From: an uncultured Spirochaetales bacterium
GTDB taxonomy: Bacteria; Spirochaetota; Spirochaetia; DSM-27196; DATKUC01
Direction: 5' to 3'
NCBI GenBank assembly: GCA_964553615.1
Contig: CAZKMA010000009.1
Location: forward strand, 17,864-81,863
Length of the DNA stretch: 64,000 bases
The position numbers and the translations under genes are program-made. The notes under the pieces were generated by a model. It saw nothing but the letters and a program-made list of their open reading frames with translations. It was not told the origin of the DNA and searched no databases. Positions 1 to 10,288 of the stretch are shown here, one piece after another. Within the stretch, counting starts at the first letter, position 1. Each line of letters begins with the position of its first letter.

Positions 1-763
1 CCTGCGGAGACAGTCCAAGACGCTGCTGAACAAAAAGGGAGAAGATCATCTCGAACATCGTGAATGCGAGTCCATAGAAGTACGTTACTACGAGCAAGCT
101 GCCGACAGGCTCTCTGCCGAGCGTCTCGCGCAGGAGAGCAATCGAAAACCGACGGCGTGTCCGAAGAGCTGTGCGCGTCCGCTGTTCCCGGGAAAGAGAC
201 TCCGGAAGCGTGAAAATGACCAGACCGAGATTGAGCGCGGAGAGCGCGGCGGCCACAAACGGGGGAACGGAGAACCCGAAGTTTACCAGCAATCCGCCGA
301 AAAGCGGGCCGAGAATGAATCCCATCCCGAACGCCGCGCCGATGAACCCGAGCCCTCGCGCACGATTGCGTTCGTCTGTCACGTCGGCAACATAGGACTG
401 GGCCACCGTGACATTCCCGCCGGAAAGTCCGCCGACGATCCTGCTGGCAAAGAGCATGGGAACGCTTCGGGCAAAACCGAGAATCAGCATTGATATCATT
501 GTTCCGGCAATGCTCACCAGAAAGATGGGCCGGCGTCCGTAGCGGTCGGAAAGACGGCCCAGCACCGGCGCGGCAACGAACTGGCCAAGGGCGTAGACAG
601 CCATGAGAAGCCCCACAACGGTGGGTGTGCCGCCGTAGCGCTCGGCAAAGTCGGGCAGAATAGGAATGATGAAACCAAATCCAACCATGTCCATGAACAC
701 GACGGAGAACAGCAGCAGGAGGGAACGATTGTCTCCGTTTTTCGGAGTATGATGATCGGCCAT
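1..763 (-). CDS. MFS transporter, TetA/DHA1-like (3' end runs off the window)
   Basis: Hand translation from ATG 763: MADHHTPKNGDNRSLLLFSVVFMDMVGFGFIIPILPDFAERYGG...LGRLSDRYGRRP (MFS motif A). SD GAGG upstream. Absent from the ORF track because it is truncated. Confidence 0.9.
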   Translation of the reverse strand, partial: MADHHTPKNGDNRSLLLLFSVVFMDMVGFGFIIPILPDFAERYGGTPTVVGLLMAVYALGQFVAAPVLGRLSDRYGRRPIFLVSIAGTMISMLILGFARSVPMLFASRIVGGLSGGNVTVAQSYVADVTDERNRARGLGFIGAAFGMGFILGPLFGGLLVNFGFSVPPFVAAALSALNLGLVIFTLPESLSREQRTRTALRTRRRFSIALLRETLGREPVGSLLVVTYFYGLAFTMFEMIFSLFVQQRLGLSPQ

Positions 764-777
764 TGTTGTTTCTTTCC

Positions 778-1869
778 TCATGTTTCAATTGACCAGGCAA
801 GCCTCTCGCCTGCCCGGAAGGGGACGACGCCGTCATACTCCGGTGGAACCCTCCACTCCCGGTTTCGGACCGTCAGCAGGTCACTGTTGCGCGGAATCTG
901 ATAGAAGTCCGCTCCGAAGGATGCGATGAACGGTTCGAGCCGCTCTATGGCTCCCGCATCGAGAAAGAGCTCGACCAGCGCGGGAATGAGTACCGGCGCA
1001 GAGAAGACCCCGGCGCTGCCGTGGTCCGATTCCTTTGCGCTCCGGAGATGCGGCGCGCTGTCGGAACCGAAAAAGAACTTTGGATTCCCCGAAAATACCA
1101 CCGAGCGGAGCGCGTCCCGGTCTCGCGGGGTCTTCACAACGGGCTTGCAGAAATTGTGGGGGTTGAGAAGGCCGCCGGCAACGTCGTCGAGGGTAAGCAC
1201 CAGATGGTGCAGGGTCACGGTTGCACAGACGGAATCCGGAAGCGCAAGGACAGAGTCCACTCCTTCCCGGGAAGACACGTGTTCGAGCACAATCCGAAGA
1301 TCAGGAAAATCGCGTGCAATTGTGTGCAGATGGGGCAGGAAAGCCGCCTCCCGTTCCAGACTGAAGACTGACGGGTCTTCGCCGTGGATGGCGAGGACAA
1401 CGCCGGATTCCTCCATCATCTCGAAAACGGGATAGACCGATCTCACATCCCGAACGCCATCGGAAGAGTTCGTCGTTGCCCCTTCGGGATACAGTTTCGC
1501 GGCAACCAGACCGGCTTCCCGCGCCTGTCTGAGCCGCTCCGCGTTCCAGTACTCACCGGATCGTTCGGTAATCTTGAAAGTCATGAGCGGTTCGAAGCGC
1601 CGGCTGCCGGCGGCATCGGTGCCGGCGGCAAGAATGCCGGCGGCAGGAATGCCGACGGCAGGAATGCCGCCGGCCCGGATCACCTCGTTCCGGTATCGCT
1701 TCACATCTTCCAGGGTCAGAACGGGCGGCACCGTGTTCGGCATAATGAGGGCACGGGCGAATGCCCGAGAGGTATGGGGGACAACTGCGGTGAGCAGCGG
1801 ACCCTGGCGCACGTGAAGATGGAAATCATCCGGACGGCGCATGGTTATTGTGGTATCGGTCAGCGTCAT
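778..1869 (-). CDS. pyrC: Dihydroorotase, homodimeric (E. coli-like) type
   Basis: PDDFHLHVR, MPNT, KLYPEGATTNS, HGE, EHVS, FCKP and FFFGSDSAPH motifs. Start moved to ATG 1869 (MTLTDTT); 1884 is an alternative. Confidence 0.95.
   Translation of the reverse strand: MTLTDTTITMRRPDDFHLHVRQGPLLTAVVPHTSRAFARALIMPNTVPPVLTLEDVKRYRNEVIRAGGIPAVGIPAAGILAAGTDAAGSRRFEPLMTFKITERSGEYWNAERLRQAREAGLVAAKLYPEGATTNSSDGVRDVRSVYPVFEMMEESGVVLAIHGEDPSVFSLEREAAFLPHLHTIARDFPDLRIVLEHVSSREGVDSVLALPDSVCATVTLHHLVLTLDDVAGGLLNPHNFCKPVVKTPRDRDALRSVVFSGNPKFFFGSDSAPHLRSAKESDHGSAGVFSAPVLIPALVELFLDAGAIERLEPFIASFGADFYQIPRNSDLLTVRNREWRVPPEYDGVVPFRAGERLAWSIET
1606..1674. repeat. In-frame 15-bp tandem repeat (about 4.6 copies) inside pyrC
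   Basis: gccggcggcatcggt / gccggcggcaagaat / gccggcggcaggaat / gccgacggcaggaat / gccgccggc; encodes AGGIPAVGIPAAGILAAGTDAAG. Confidence 0.9.
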
Positions 1870-1879
1870 GACGCCATCG

Positions 1880-1908
1880 AGCATACTTCGCGACCCGGGG
1901 TTGCGCAA
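1880..1908 (-). promoter_or_regulatory. sigma70-type promoter for pyrC
   Basis: TTGCGC-17bp-TATGCT on the minus strand; -10 box ends 10 nt before ATG 1869. Confidence 0.55.
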
Positions 1909-1917
1909 CCGGGAACA

Positions 1918-1946
1918 CTGACATGGCGCGCGGTCGCTGCTACAAT
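1918..1946 (+). promoter_or_regulatory. sigma70-type promoter (extended -10) for the DUF4954 gene
   Basis: CTGACA-17bp-TACAAT preceded by TGc. Confidence 0.65.
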
Positions 1947-1961
1947 GTGCGTGTGGAAGAG

Positions 1962-3731
1962 ATGACGTATCGGGAACAATTCCTGACCGGACTGAGCTGC
2001 TGCGGGATCCAGATTGGAGACGACTGGTTCGCCTCACTGCAGGCGGCAGGCGGAGCGGCAGGCTTGCGCAGGCTGAGCGCACGGGAGATTGCCCGCCTCG
2101 AGGCACAGGGAAACAGCGCTCCGGACTGGAGCGGGATTCTTGTGGCTGCCGGATTCTCGCCGGAGTTCATAACGGGGAATCTCTTTGCCGACGGCTGCGT
2201 CCTCGGTCTGTTCGACGGGACTCCGGCTGCCCTGGAAAATGGCGCGACAATTCCGACGGGAGTATTCCACAGCACCATCCAGAGATCGATCATCGAATCC
2301 GGCGCGGCAATCCATCGATGCCCGCTGATCCAGGGCTACCATGTCGGTTCGGGTGCAGCAATTTCGGGCACGACGCTTCTGTACGACACATCGGGTACCT
2401 GCGGGAACGGTCGGTCGATCTCCGTTGGGATTGAAACAGGAGGCCGTGCTGTCGTCATCTCCCCGGAGATGACTCTGGAAGACGCGCGGGCACAGGCGGA
2501 GTCCGGGCCGGATGGCGCGGTGAAGCCCCGGGACAGCGCCGGAATAATGCATCTCGGTGTTGTCGCCTCCGGTGCGCGGATCATGGCAACCACAATGATC
2601 CGGAACTCGTTCATCGGAAGCAGCGTCACCGTATCCGGGGCGCAGCTGGTTGAAGACTCGACGCTGCTGGCAACACCCGATGAACAGACTCTGGTGTCCA
2701 GCGGCTCCATCATCCGCTCAAGCATCCTGCAGCCGGGAGTTGCCGCAAGAGACGGGGCCATCGTGGATCGGTCCCTTCTCATGGAGCACTCCCACGCAGA
2801 TCGTCACGCAAAGGTCTCCGAGTCCATCATCGGACCGAACTCCGGCATTTCGGAGGGAGAAGTAACGGCGAGCTTCGTCGGTCCATTCGTCGGATTCCAC
2901 CACCAGGCGCTCCTCATCGCCGCGTACTGGCCGGAAGGGAAGGGAAACGTCGGCTATGGGGCAAATGTCGGCTCGAACCACACCTCGCGCCTTCCAGACC
3001 AGGAGATTCACCCTGCGGAGGGCATGTTCTTCGGCCTCGGCTGCAACATAAAATACCCGGCAAACTTCACCGGATCCCCCTATTCCATCGTTGCCACCGG
3101 ACTTTCTACACTGCCGCAGCGCGTGTCCATGCCGTTCTCGCTCCTGTGTGAGCCAACACATCGGAATCCCGACCTTCCATCCGGTTACTGCCGCATCATT
3201 CCCGCCTGGGTGCTTGCGGAAAATCTGTACATGATCTGGCGTAACCGCACCAAGTATCGCGAACGGAATCGGGGACGAAGGAATGCGATTCAGTGGGAGA
3301 TATTCCGACCGGAGGTGGTCGGCTCAATGGCGGCGTCTCTCGAGGTCCTCAGGAATGCCGGCAGCCGGAAACCGTACTACCTTCCCGAAGATATTCCCGA
3401 GATCGGGAAGTCCGTGCTTTCGGAAGATGATCGTCTGCGGGCCATCGAGACGTACGATTTCTTCATCACCTTTGCCGGACTGAAGGGCAGAGTGGACGGC
3501 GGAAGCGTCCTCGAGCCTGAGGCTGTCCGACAGTACCGCAACGCTGTCGTGAAAATTGCGGAGTCAGTCCGCACGAGCAGGGAGAAGGACGACGTACGCG
3601 GACGACGGATCATAGACGATTACGCGACCACGCATCCGCCGGCCTCCCTGGATCCGGTGGTGCGGGAGGTCGAGGAGTGGGCTCAGGCGGAAGTCTTGCG
3701 TGCAGGTGGACCCGAGACCCGGTCGGAATGA
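1962..3731 (+). CDS. DUF4954-family protein with hexapeptide-like (left-handed beta-helix-type) repeats
   Basis: Repeating I/V-x-x-S-I-I/V patterns and the block GFHHQALLIAAYWPEGKGNVGYGANVGSNHTSR, recalled as DUF4954. Start is ATG 1962 or in-frame GTG 1953. Confidence 0.7.
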   Translation: MTYREQFLTGLSCCGIQIGDDWFASLQAAGGAAGLRRLSAREIARLEAQGNSAPDWSGILVAAGFSPEFITGNLFADGCVLGLFDGTPAALENGATIPTGVFHSTIQRSIIESGAAIHRCPLIQGYHVGSGAAISGTTLLYDTSGTCGNGRSISVGIETGGRAVVISPEMTLEDARAQAESGPDGAVKPRDSAGIMHLGVVASGARIMATTMIRNSFIGSSVTVSGAQLVEDSTLLATPDEQTLVSSGSIIRSSILQPGVAARDGAIVDRSLLMEHSHADRHAKVSESIIGPNSGISEGEVTASFVGPFVGFHHQALLIAAYWPEGKGNVGYGANVGSNHTSRLPDQEIHPAEGMFFGLGCNIKYPANFTGSPYSIVATGLSTLPQRVSMPFSLLCEPTHRNPDLPSGYCRIIPAWVLAENLYMIWRNRTKYRERNRGRRNAIQWEIFRPEVVGSMAASLEVLRNAGSRKPYYLPEDIPEIGKSVLSEDDRLRAIETYDFFITFAGLKGRVDGGSVLEPEAVRQYRNAVVKIAESVRTSREKDDVRGRRIIDDYATTHPPASLDPVVREVEEWAQAEVLRAGGPETRSE

Positions 3732-3775
3732 CCCCTTGCTGGACGCGGTGAGGCGGCAGGGGTATCTTAGCTTGT

Positions 3776-4873
3776 ATGACACCCCTCGATGAGCTTGCAC
3801 TGCACCAGATTCGCTACTGCCTCAGCTCGTTCTCTGCACTGGACCGATTCTTTCGACAGCCGAGCGGCTCCACCGTCCATCTGGCGGTCGAATGCTCTCT
3901 CGTCGACCTTGCCAGAGTCTTCACCGAGCTGGAGTTCCCGGCAATAGAGGGAGTGGACGCCGCAATCAGCCGCGACGAAAAACGATACTACTTCAGCTGT
4001 CACGAAGACTCCATCACACAGTTTCAGCGTAACAGTTTTCCCGTTATGGATCTGCTCTACGACCCGGCACGGGATCTATTTCTGGATCCATTCGACGTCT
4101 ATCCGGAGCTTCGCCGGGCGGTCATCGAACCGGTTCTACAAACGGCAGACCCGATACAGATACTCATGGATATGGCCATCCTCGCAGGGCGCTATCACTA
4201 CCAGTTTGATGGTGATCTACCCCGCATTTCTGCCGAGACGGTCCCGCCGGCGAGCGAGACTCACCGAAGGTTCGTTGTCGATCTTTTCACCGGGAAATCT
4301 CCATGGAAAGGTCTCGCTCTGCTCATGGATTCCGGCTTCGTCGAGCATTTCTGGCCGGTCTTCATGCCCATGAACGAAACCGATCAGTCGAAAGGGCACC
4401 ATCCGGAAGGGAACGTCTGGGTACATTCGCTGGAGACTCTGAAGTACCGCAAGACCACAGACCTCGTGCTCTCTCTGGCCCTGTTCCTTCACGATTGCGG
4501 AAAACCATATTCGATCAGGAACGGTGAACGACGCTTCGATGGCCATGCAGAGATCGGTGCGGATATTGCACGGAAGTTCCTCGGTGCGCTCGGATTCGAC
4601 CGGGCCCGGATCGATGACGTCTTCTTTCTTATCAAGTTTCACATGGTGCCGGGAGCACTCTCGGTACTCCCGATCTGGCGCACGGAGAAACTCATGTCTT
4701 CCCCGCTCTTTCCCCTGTTGCTCGAGCTGTACCGGTGCGACCTTTCTTCGACGTACCGCGGACCGAACGGGTACTATGAGGCGTGCAAGGTCTACCGCGC
4801 GTTCCTCAAACACTCCAGCAATCCCTTTCGCGGGACCGACGGAAAGAAACTGGTTCGTCTCTACGTGGAATAG
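3776..4873 (+). CDS. HD-domain protein resembling CCA-adding/poly(A) polymerase with a degenerate nucleotidyltransferase head
   Basis: HHPEGNVWVHSL and LFLHDCGKP, followed by FDGHAEIGA and LIKFHM. The N-terminus lacks the GGxVRD/DxD motifs. Confidence 0.8.
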   Translation: MTPLDELALHQIRYCLSSFSALDRFFRQPSGSTVHLAVECSLVDLARVFTELEFPAIEGVDAAISRDEKRYYFSCHEDSITQFQRNSFPVMDLLYDPARDLFLDPFDVYPELRRAVIEPVLQTADPIQILMDMAILAGRYHYQFDGDLPRISAETVPPASETHRRFVVDLFTGKSPWKGLALLMDSGFVEHFWPVFMPMNETDQSKGHHPEGNVWVHSLETLKYRKTTDLVLSLALFLHDCGKPYSIRNGERRFDGHAEIGADIARKFLGALGFDRARIDDVFFLIKFHMVPGALSVLPIWRTEKLMSSPLFPLLLELYRCDLSSTYRGPNGYYEACKVYRAFLKHSSNPFRGTDGKKLVRLYVE

Positions 4874-6177
4874 CGGCCCAGGAGAAACTGTCTCAGGTCG
4901 TCGAGTCCGTTTCCAATCCGTATTGAGTGCTTCTCCTTATCCAGAACCAGGGCAAGCTCGGGAGGGAGCGGCGGTTCGGTGCCGGTTGCTTCCCGGACGA
5001 TTTCGGGGAACTTGGCAGGATGGGCGGTGGACAACACGACTACGTCTACCGCAGTCTCGAGCTCCCGACCGTACACCCGCTCGGCAGCACACACGCCCAC
5101 GGCGGTGTGCGGATCGAGAAAAGTCCCGTCCAGCTCGTAGTAGCGGCGCATTGTTTCGAGCGTCTGTGCATCCGTCACCGTCTCTCCACGGATCATCGAT
5201 TTCATTCCCACCCAGTCGTCATCGAAGATGGCCCGAAGCCGCTCGAAATTGCTCGGATTTCCCACATCCATGGCGTTCGACAGCGTCCTGACTGAGGCAC
5301 GCGGCTGATAGAACCCCGAATCCAGGTAGTCAGGCACCACGCCGTTCAGATTGGCCGCAGCAATGAATCCGGTAACCGGCAACCCCCATCTCCACGCAAG
5401 CACACCCGCGGTGAGGTTTCCGTAGTTACCGCTCGGCACGCAGAAGATGAGGTCCTCATTCAGCTGGCTGCGGAGCTGCGCAAAGGCGTACGCGTAGTAA
5501 AAAGACTGCGGAATGAGCCGCCCAAGATTGATGGAGTTCGCAGAGGTGAGCGGAAGCCTTCTGCGAAGCTCCGGGTCGGGAAACGCATCCTTTACCATCT
5601 GCTGACAATCATCGAAAGAACCCGCTACCTCCAGCGCAACAACGTTGTCGCCCACCGTGGTGAGTTGCTTTTCCTGCAGCGGACTCACCCGTCCGGAAGG
5701 GTAGAGAAGAACAACGTCGATGTTTCGTTTGCGGTGAAACGCGTGAGCTACGGCGCTGCCGGTGTCGCCGGAGGTAGCAGTGAGGATAATCGCGCGTCTA
5801 TCGCTGTTCAGCAGAAGAGCCTCCATAACGTTCGCAAGAAACGAGGCACCGAAGTCCTTGAATGCGCAGGAAGGACCGTGAAACAGCTCGAGCACCTGCA
5901 TTCCCTTGCGTATTTCCTTCAGCGCCGGACTGAACGGGAAGGCGCGTTCAACGAGATTCTGCGCCTTCTCCGGCGAGAAGTCTTCGGGCAGCAGGGCGCT
6001 TGTCATGCGCGCGGCAATTTCGCGAAACGGAGTGTTCTGATCTATCGACAGGAAAATCGAACGAAGGTCGGGTTCTTCGAGAGGCTGATACAGACCTCCG
6101 TCGGGCGCAAGCCCCTGGAAAACCGCGTCGCTGAACGATACCGCTTTCTGCGGCGAACGGGTACTGGAGTACTGCAT
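4861..6177 (-). CDS. thrC: Threonine synthase
   Basis: GLAPDGGLY, LELFHGPSCAFKDFG (PLP lysine), ATSGDTG, SANSINLGR, VPSGNYGN. Confidence 0.97.
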   Translation of the reverse strand: MQYSSTRSPQKAVSFSDAVFQGLAPDGGLYQPLEEPDLRSIFLSIDQNTPFREIAARMTSALLPEDFSPEKAQNLVERAFPFSPALKEIRKGMQVLELFHGPSCAFKDFGASFLANVMEALLLNSDRRAIILTATSGDTGSAVAHAFHRKRNIDVVLLYPSGRVSPLQEKQLTTVGDNVVALEVAGSFDDCQQMVKDAFPDPELRRRLPLTSANSINLGRLIPQSFYYAYAFAQLRSQLNEDLIFCVPSGNYGNLTAGVLAWRWGLPVTGFIAAANLNGVVPDYLDSGFYQPRASVRTLSNAMDVGNPSNFERLRAIFDDDWVGMKSMIRGETVTDAQTLETMRRYYELDGTFLDPHTAVGVCAAERVYGRELETAVDVVVLSTAHPAKFPEIVREATGTEPPLPPELALVLDKEKHSIRIGNGLDDLRQFLLGRYST

Positions 6178-6178
6178 G

Positions 6179-7612
6179 TCACTGAGCTCCTTTCAATTCA
6201 CTGTCTGACGGGCGTGAAAGATCGGGTGCCCCGTCCGGGAAGAACGCACGATGGACAATATTGAGCACTTCGCTACCCGAAGATCGCTCCGTTACAAATG
6301 AGATATTCATCTCCGAAGAGCCCTGTGCAATTGCAAGGATATTGACCTCCGAGTCCCCGAGCGCGGCGAAAAGTTTGCCGGCAATTCCCGGACGTCCCCG
6401 CATATTTTCACCGATAACGGCAACGATTTCCAGGTTGGAGAGAAGCTGGAACTGTTGAATCTTCCGGGCGTGCAGCTCCGGTGCAAGTTCCCGCTTCAGA
6501 CTTTCGATTGCTTCCTTCGACTGGTTTGCCATGCACACAATGCAGATACTGTGCTCGGAAGAAGCCTGACTGATCATGATGATGTTTACGTGCGCGCGCG
6601 CAAGCGCGCTGAACACCCGGGAGGCAATGCCAGGTATGCCGACCATTCCACCACCCTCAACGTTGATCAGCGCCACATCGGGAACCGATGCAATGCCGGT
6701 TATCGACAGTGGCTTTCGGTGAGCGGTCTTTACTATTCGGGTTCCCGGCGCGGAAGGGTTGAGCGTATTCTTGATTACGAGCGGAATGTTCTTTTCCACC
6801 GCAGGAATCATCGTATACGGATGAATGACCTTTGCGCCAAAATAGGAAAGCTCCATTGCCTCTGCGTAGCTGATCTCCGGAACTACAAAGCTCTCGGGTA
6901 CAAACCGCGGATCAGCACTGTAGACCCCATCAACGTCCGTCCAGATCTCGATAATCTCAGCGTCCATCCCTGCGCCCACTATGGATGCGGTATAATCGGA
7001 CCCGTCCCGGCCCAGAGTGGTAGTTACACCCGTTGAGGTTGCGGCTATGAAGCCGGTAATCACGGGCAACCCGGAAACACGGGACAGACGTTCCCTGATC
7101 CGTTCATAGCTCGCCGGAAAATCGACCTCTGCCTCACCGTGTCTGTCGTCGGTCAGGATCATCTCCCGTGCGTCCACCATCTCAACGCCGATACCGATAG
7201 ACGCCACGTACGCCGAGAACAGATGGCAGTTCAATAGCTCTCCGTAACTCACCACGAGATCGAGAGTCCGCGGCGAACACTCCTTGACCAGCTCTACACC
7301 GTGCAGGATGTCATCCAGCCCGTCGAGCCGGACATCCAGCGCTGTAGCAATGGAATCCCGCTCGTCCATGGGAAATAACACGTCAACTGCCGCGCGCTGC
7401 CGGTCGCGGATCTCCTGGACACGTTGGTGGTAGACATTTGCCCCGGATTCGGCCTCTCGTGCGGCGCCGATCAACAGGTCCGTGATCCCGCGCATCGCGG
7501 ACAGAACAACGACCACCTGACCGCTGCGCTGCTCGGCCTTCACAATTTCCAAAACGGCGCGAATTTTCTCGGCGTCCCTTACCGAGCTTCCGCCGAACTT
7601 CATCACTTTCAT
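6179..7612 (-). CDS. lysC: Aspartate kinase, monofunctional, two C-terminal ACT domains
   Basis: MKVMKFGGSSV, TTLGRDGSDYTA, WTDVDGVYSADPR, ACT repeats (ISQASSE, IAQGSSE). No homoserine dehydrogenase domain. Confidence 0.9.
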   Translation of the reverse strand: MKVMKFGGSSVRDAEKIRAVLEIVKAEQRSGQVVVVLSAMRGITDLLIGAAREAESGANVYHQRVQEIRDRQRAAVDVLFPMDERDSIATALDVRLDGLDDILHGVELVKECSPRTLDLVVSYGELLNCHLFSAYVASIGIGVEMVDAREMILTDDRHGEAEVDFPASYERIRERLSRVSGLPVITGFIAATSTGVTTTLGRDGSDYTASIVGAGMDAEIIEIWTDVDGVYSADPRFVPESFVVPEISYAEAMELSYFGAKVIHPYTMIPAVEKNIPLVIKNTLNPSAPGTRIVKTAHRKPLSITGIASVPDVALINVEGGGMVGIPGIASRVFSALARAHVNIIMISQASSEHSICIVCMANQSKEAIESLKRELAPELHARKIQQFQLLSNLEIVAVIGENMRGRPGIAGKLFAALGDSEVNILAIAQGSSEMNISFVTERSSGSEVLNIVHRAFFPDGAPDLSRPSDSELKGAQ

Positions 7613-7727
7613 GGCGGCAATACTACCACACCTGTGCCGCCAGTTTCACGTACGCACGAGGCGCGTCAACGCAAAACAACGGAGTCTGAGTCTGGCGGAA
7701 AGAGCCGGCGAAGGGTATGATGGGTGG

Positions 7728-8981
7728 GTGAAGGGATTTCTGCTCATTGCCCTGATTCTCGTTCTCGAAGCATGCGCTACCGGTTCAACCGGGACAAAGA
7801 ACAGCCTGTCCCCGGCAGACAGGGTGGTTGCGCAGTCGCCCGCAACATCCACCGAGGACCGGAACGGCGAAAATGAAGCGACCGGGCAGAAAAAGGTGAC
7901 ACCGGTTGGGCAGTCCAAACAGAGCGAGAGTGCGTCAACATCGGACAAACAGCCTCCCCTCGGCCGCGCTCAACTTCTGAAGCTCGCTCTGGCGGAGTCG
8001 CCCTCAAATACATACCCGGTACGGAAGGGCGGCGAACCTCTCGCCATCGTCACCGATCTTGACAGAGACGGACTGAACGACGTTGCGCTCCTGTCCATTG
8101 CAACCGACAAGCCGGAGGAAGCGCAGTTTTCGGTACTCAGCCGACTGTCCCGGCTCTTTATCCCGGACGCTCCTGTGCCGACATTCTATCTTGAGGTCTA
8201 TAAACAGCAACACGGCGGCGTGCACCTTTCCGAGACCATACCTTTGGGAAAGAAGCGAGTTCTCGAGGGGCTCACGGTCCGGAGGATCGATCGCAAGGCC
8301 GCCGGTCCCGTTGCTGTCGTCGCTTCGTTTCAGAATCATGATGGAGAAGAGCAGGAGTGGGCAATATTCACAGACAGCACCCATTTCTCCCGGTTTTCAC
8401 TGCTGGAGACTCCCAACGTCCGGACGGTCGTACGGGACATAGACAACGACGGAGTCCTCGATATCCTCGTCTTTCACACGGGGATAGAGGCCGGAATCGG
8501 CTACGAGACGTTCATCACCTGGTTCAAGTACAAAGACGGAAGCTACCAGGAATACCGGAGCACGAACGTTGTTCGGAACCTGCGTGCTTTTCTCACGTCC
8601 GCCAGAGAGACAATCGAATCCGGCGACTGGAAATCGTTTCTGAACATCGCACTCGACCCCCTGGTACTGCGTGGGTTGCGATCCCGCGGTGTACCGGATG
8701 GAGCAATCATTTCCGCGCTGTTCACGCCGGCTCCCATCGGCGCAGGCAGCGAACCCCCGTTCGACTACTACAAACCGGCAAAGGCAATTCAGAACATCGT
8801 TTTCCCGGAAATCCGCGAAAACCCCTTTTCTTCCCCCGGGCGCTCTCTCCGGTTCTCGATGACGGTTCGGGTCATCTGCTGCGCTGGAGAAAGCCACTTC
8901 TACACAGCCACAATCTCAATGGACCCGTTCGGTCGGAGGGAGTTTTCCTTCGATCCGGGGCAGGGATTGATCGGCAAATAA
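7728..8981 (+). CDS. Hypothetical lipoprotein with two DxDxDG (FG-GAP/VCBS-like) loops
   Basis: GTG 7728 gives [16 protein letters not shown] (lipobox). Contains [12 protein letters not shown] and [12 protein letters not shown]. Confidence 0.7.
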   Translation: MKGFLLIALILVLEACATGSTGTKNSLSPADRVVAQSPATSTEDRNGENEATGQKKVTPVGQSKQSESASTSDKQPPLGRAQLLKLALAESPSNTYPVRKGGEPLAIVTDLDRDGLNDVALLSIATDKPEEAQFSVLSRLSRLFIPDAPVPTFYLEVYKQQHGGVHLSETIPLGKKRVLEGLTVRRIDRKAAGPVAVVASFQNHDGEEQEWAIFTDSTHFSRFSLLETPNVRTVVRDIDNDGVLDILVFHTGIEAGIGYETFITWFKYKDGSYQEYRSTNVVRNLRAFLTSARETIESGDWKSFLNIALDPLVLRGLRSRGVPDGAIISALFTPAPIGAGSEPPFDYYKPAKAIQNIVFPEIRENPFSSPGRSLRFSMTVRVICCAGESHFYTATISMDPFGRREFSFDPGQGLIGK

Positions 8982-9007
8982 GCGAATCGGACAATGAAGG
9001 TTTGACA

Positions 9008-10288
9008 ATGGACAGATACATTATCGACGGAAGTTTCCCGCTCAAGGGTCGCACCAAGGCAAGTGGGAACAAGAATGCGGCTCTCCCCTGTCTCGCTGCC
9101 ACTTTGCTCACTGATGAAACTGTGGTGCTCTCGAACATACCGGAGATAGAGGACGTGCAGGTTGTAACCGAGATTCTGGAAACCCTCGGTTGCACGGTCG
9201 AGCATCGGTCCCCGGGGACCTTTGCCGTTACAACCCACGATATCAGTCGAAACGACATACCAATTGAGCTTGCTCGGCGCATCCGCGCGTCCATTCTGTT
9301 TGCCGGTCCCATGCTTGCGCGCACCGGCAAAGTCGTCCTCCCTCCCCCGGGAGGCGACGTCATCGGACGCAGACGGTTGGATACCCATTTTCTTGCTCTG
9401 CAGAATCTCGGTGCGCGAATCGAGGCGGATGGCCAGTTCAAACTCACCACGAACAAACTGGTCGGAGACGATATTTTCCTCGATGAGGCGTCGGTAACGG
9501 CGACCGAAAACACCATCATGGCTGCAGTTCTCGCCGAAGGTCAGACGCGGATCGAAAACGCGGCCTCGGAACCGCACATACAGGATCTCTGCCGGCTGCT
9601 CATCGAAATGGGAGCGAAAATTACCGGAATAGGTTCGAACATCCTTTACATAGACGGGGTGAAGAAGCTCCATGGAGCGGAATATCGCATCGGTTCGGAT
9701 TACATGGAAGTCGGTTCCTTTATCGGTCTTGCCGCAGTAACGCGGGGAGACATTGAGATCGACGATGCCTGCCCTTCTCAGTTGAAGATGACCAAGCTCG
9801 CCTTTGCGAAACTCGGTATTCACTGGGAACAGGAAGGAAACTCCATCCATGTCTCGGCCGGACAGACCCTCCGGGTCGTGCCCGACATGGGCGGACAGAT
9901 ACCGAAGATAGATGACGCACCCTGGCCCGGTTTTCCGCCGGATCTTGTGAGCATTATGCTGGTTGTCGCAACGCAGGTGGAGGGCACAATCCTTATCCAC
10001 GAGAAGATGTTCGAATCCCGTATGTTCTTCGTCGACAAGCTCATCGGCATGGGAGCGCGCATCATCCTGTGCGATCCCCATCGATCCGTCGTTAACGGTC
10101 CGAGTCGACTACGCGGTTCCGACCTTGTCTCCCCGGATGTCCGTGCCGGCATGGCAATGGTCATTGCCGCCTTGTGCGCGGAAGGGCAGAGCACCATTCA
10201 AAATGTATATCAGATCGAACGTGGCTACGAGAACCTCGAGCGGCGCCTGCAACTGCTCGGTGCGCGAATCAAGCGCGTGGAGGAATAG
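9008..10288 (+). CDS. murA: UDP-N-acetylglucosamine 1-carboxyvinyltransferase
   Basis: [22 protein letters not shown] (Asp at the fosfomycin-target Cys position), [19 protein letters not shown]. True start ATG 9008. Confidence 0.97.
   Translation: MDRYIIDGSFPLKGRTKASGNKNAALPCLAATLLTDETVVLSNIPEIEDVQVVTEILETLGCTVEHRSPGTFAVTTHDISRNDIPIELARRIRASILFAGPMLARTGKVVLPPPGGDVIGRRRLDTHFLALQNLGARIEADGQFKLTTNKLVGDDIFLDEASVTATENTIMAAVLAEGQTRIENAASEPHIQDLCRLLIEMGAKITGIGSNILYIDGVKKLHGAEYRIGSDYMEVGSFIGLAAVTRGDIEIDDACPSQLKMTKLAFAKLGIHWEQEGNSIHVSAGQTLRVVPDMGGQIPKIDDAPWPGFPPDLVSIMLVVATQVEGTILIHEKMFESRMFFVDKLIGMGARIILCDPHRSVVNGPSRLRGSDLVSPDVRAGMAMVIAALCAEGQSTIQNVYQIERGYENLERRLQLLGARIKRVEE

Noticed and set aside
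7613-7727. T-box, lysine riboswitch or thr attenuator upstream of aspartokinase-thrC
   Set aside because: The -10 box is 7 nt from the ATG, leaving no leader; no T-box or leader-peptide motifs.
8357-9007. Apparent 217-aa N-terminal extension on MurA
   Set aside because: An alternative frame of the lipoprotein gene; MurA homology begins at ATG 9008.
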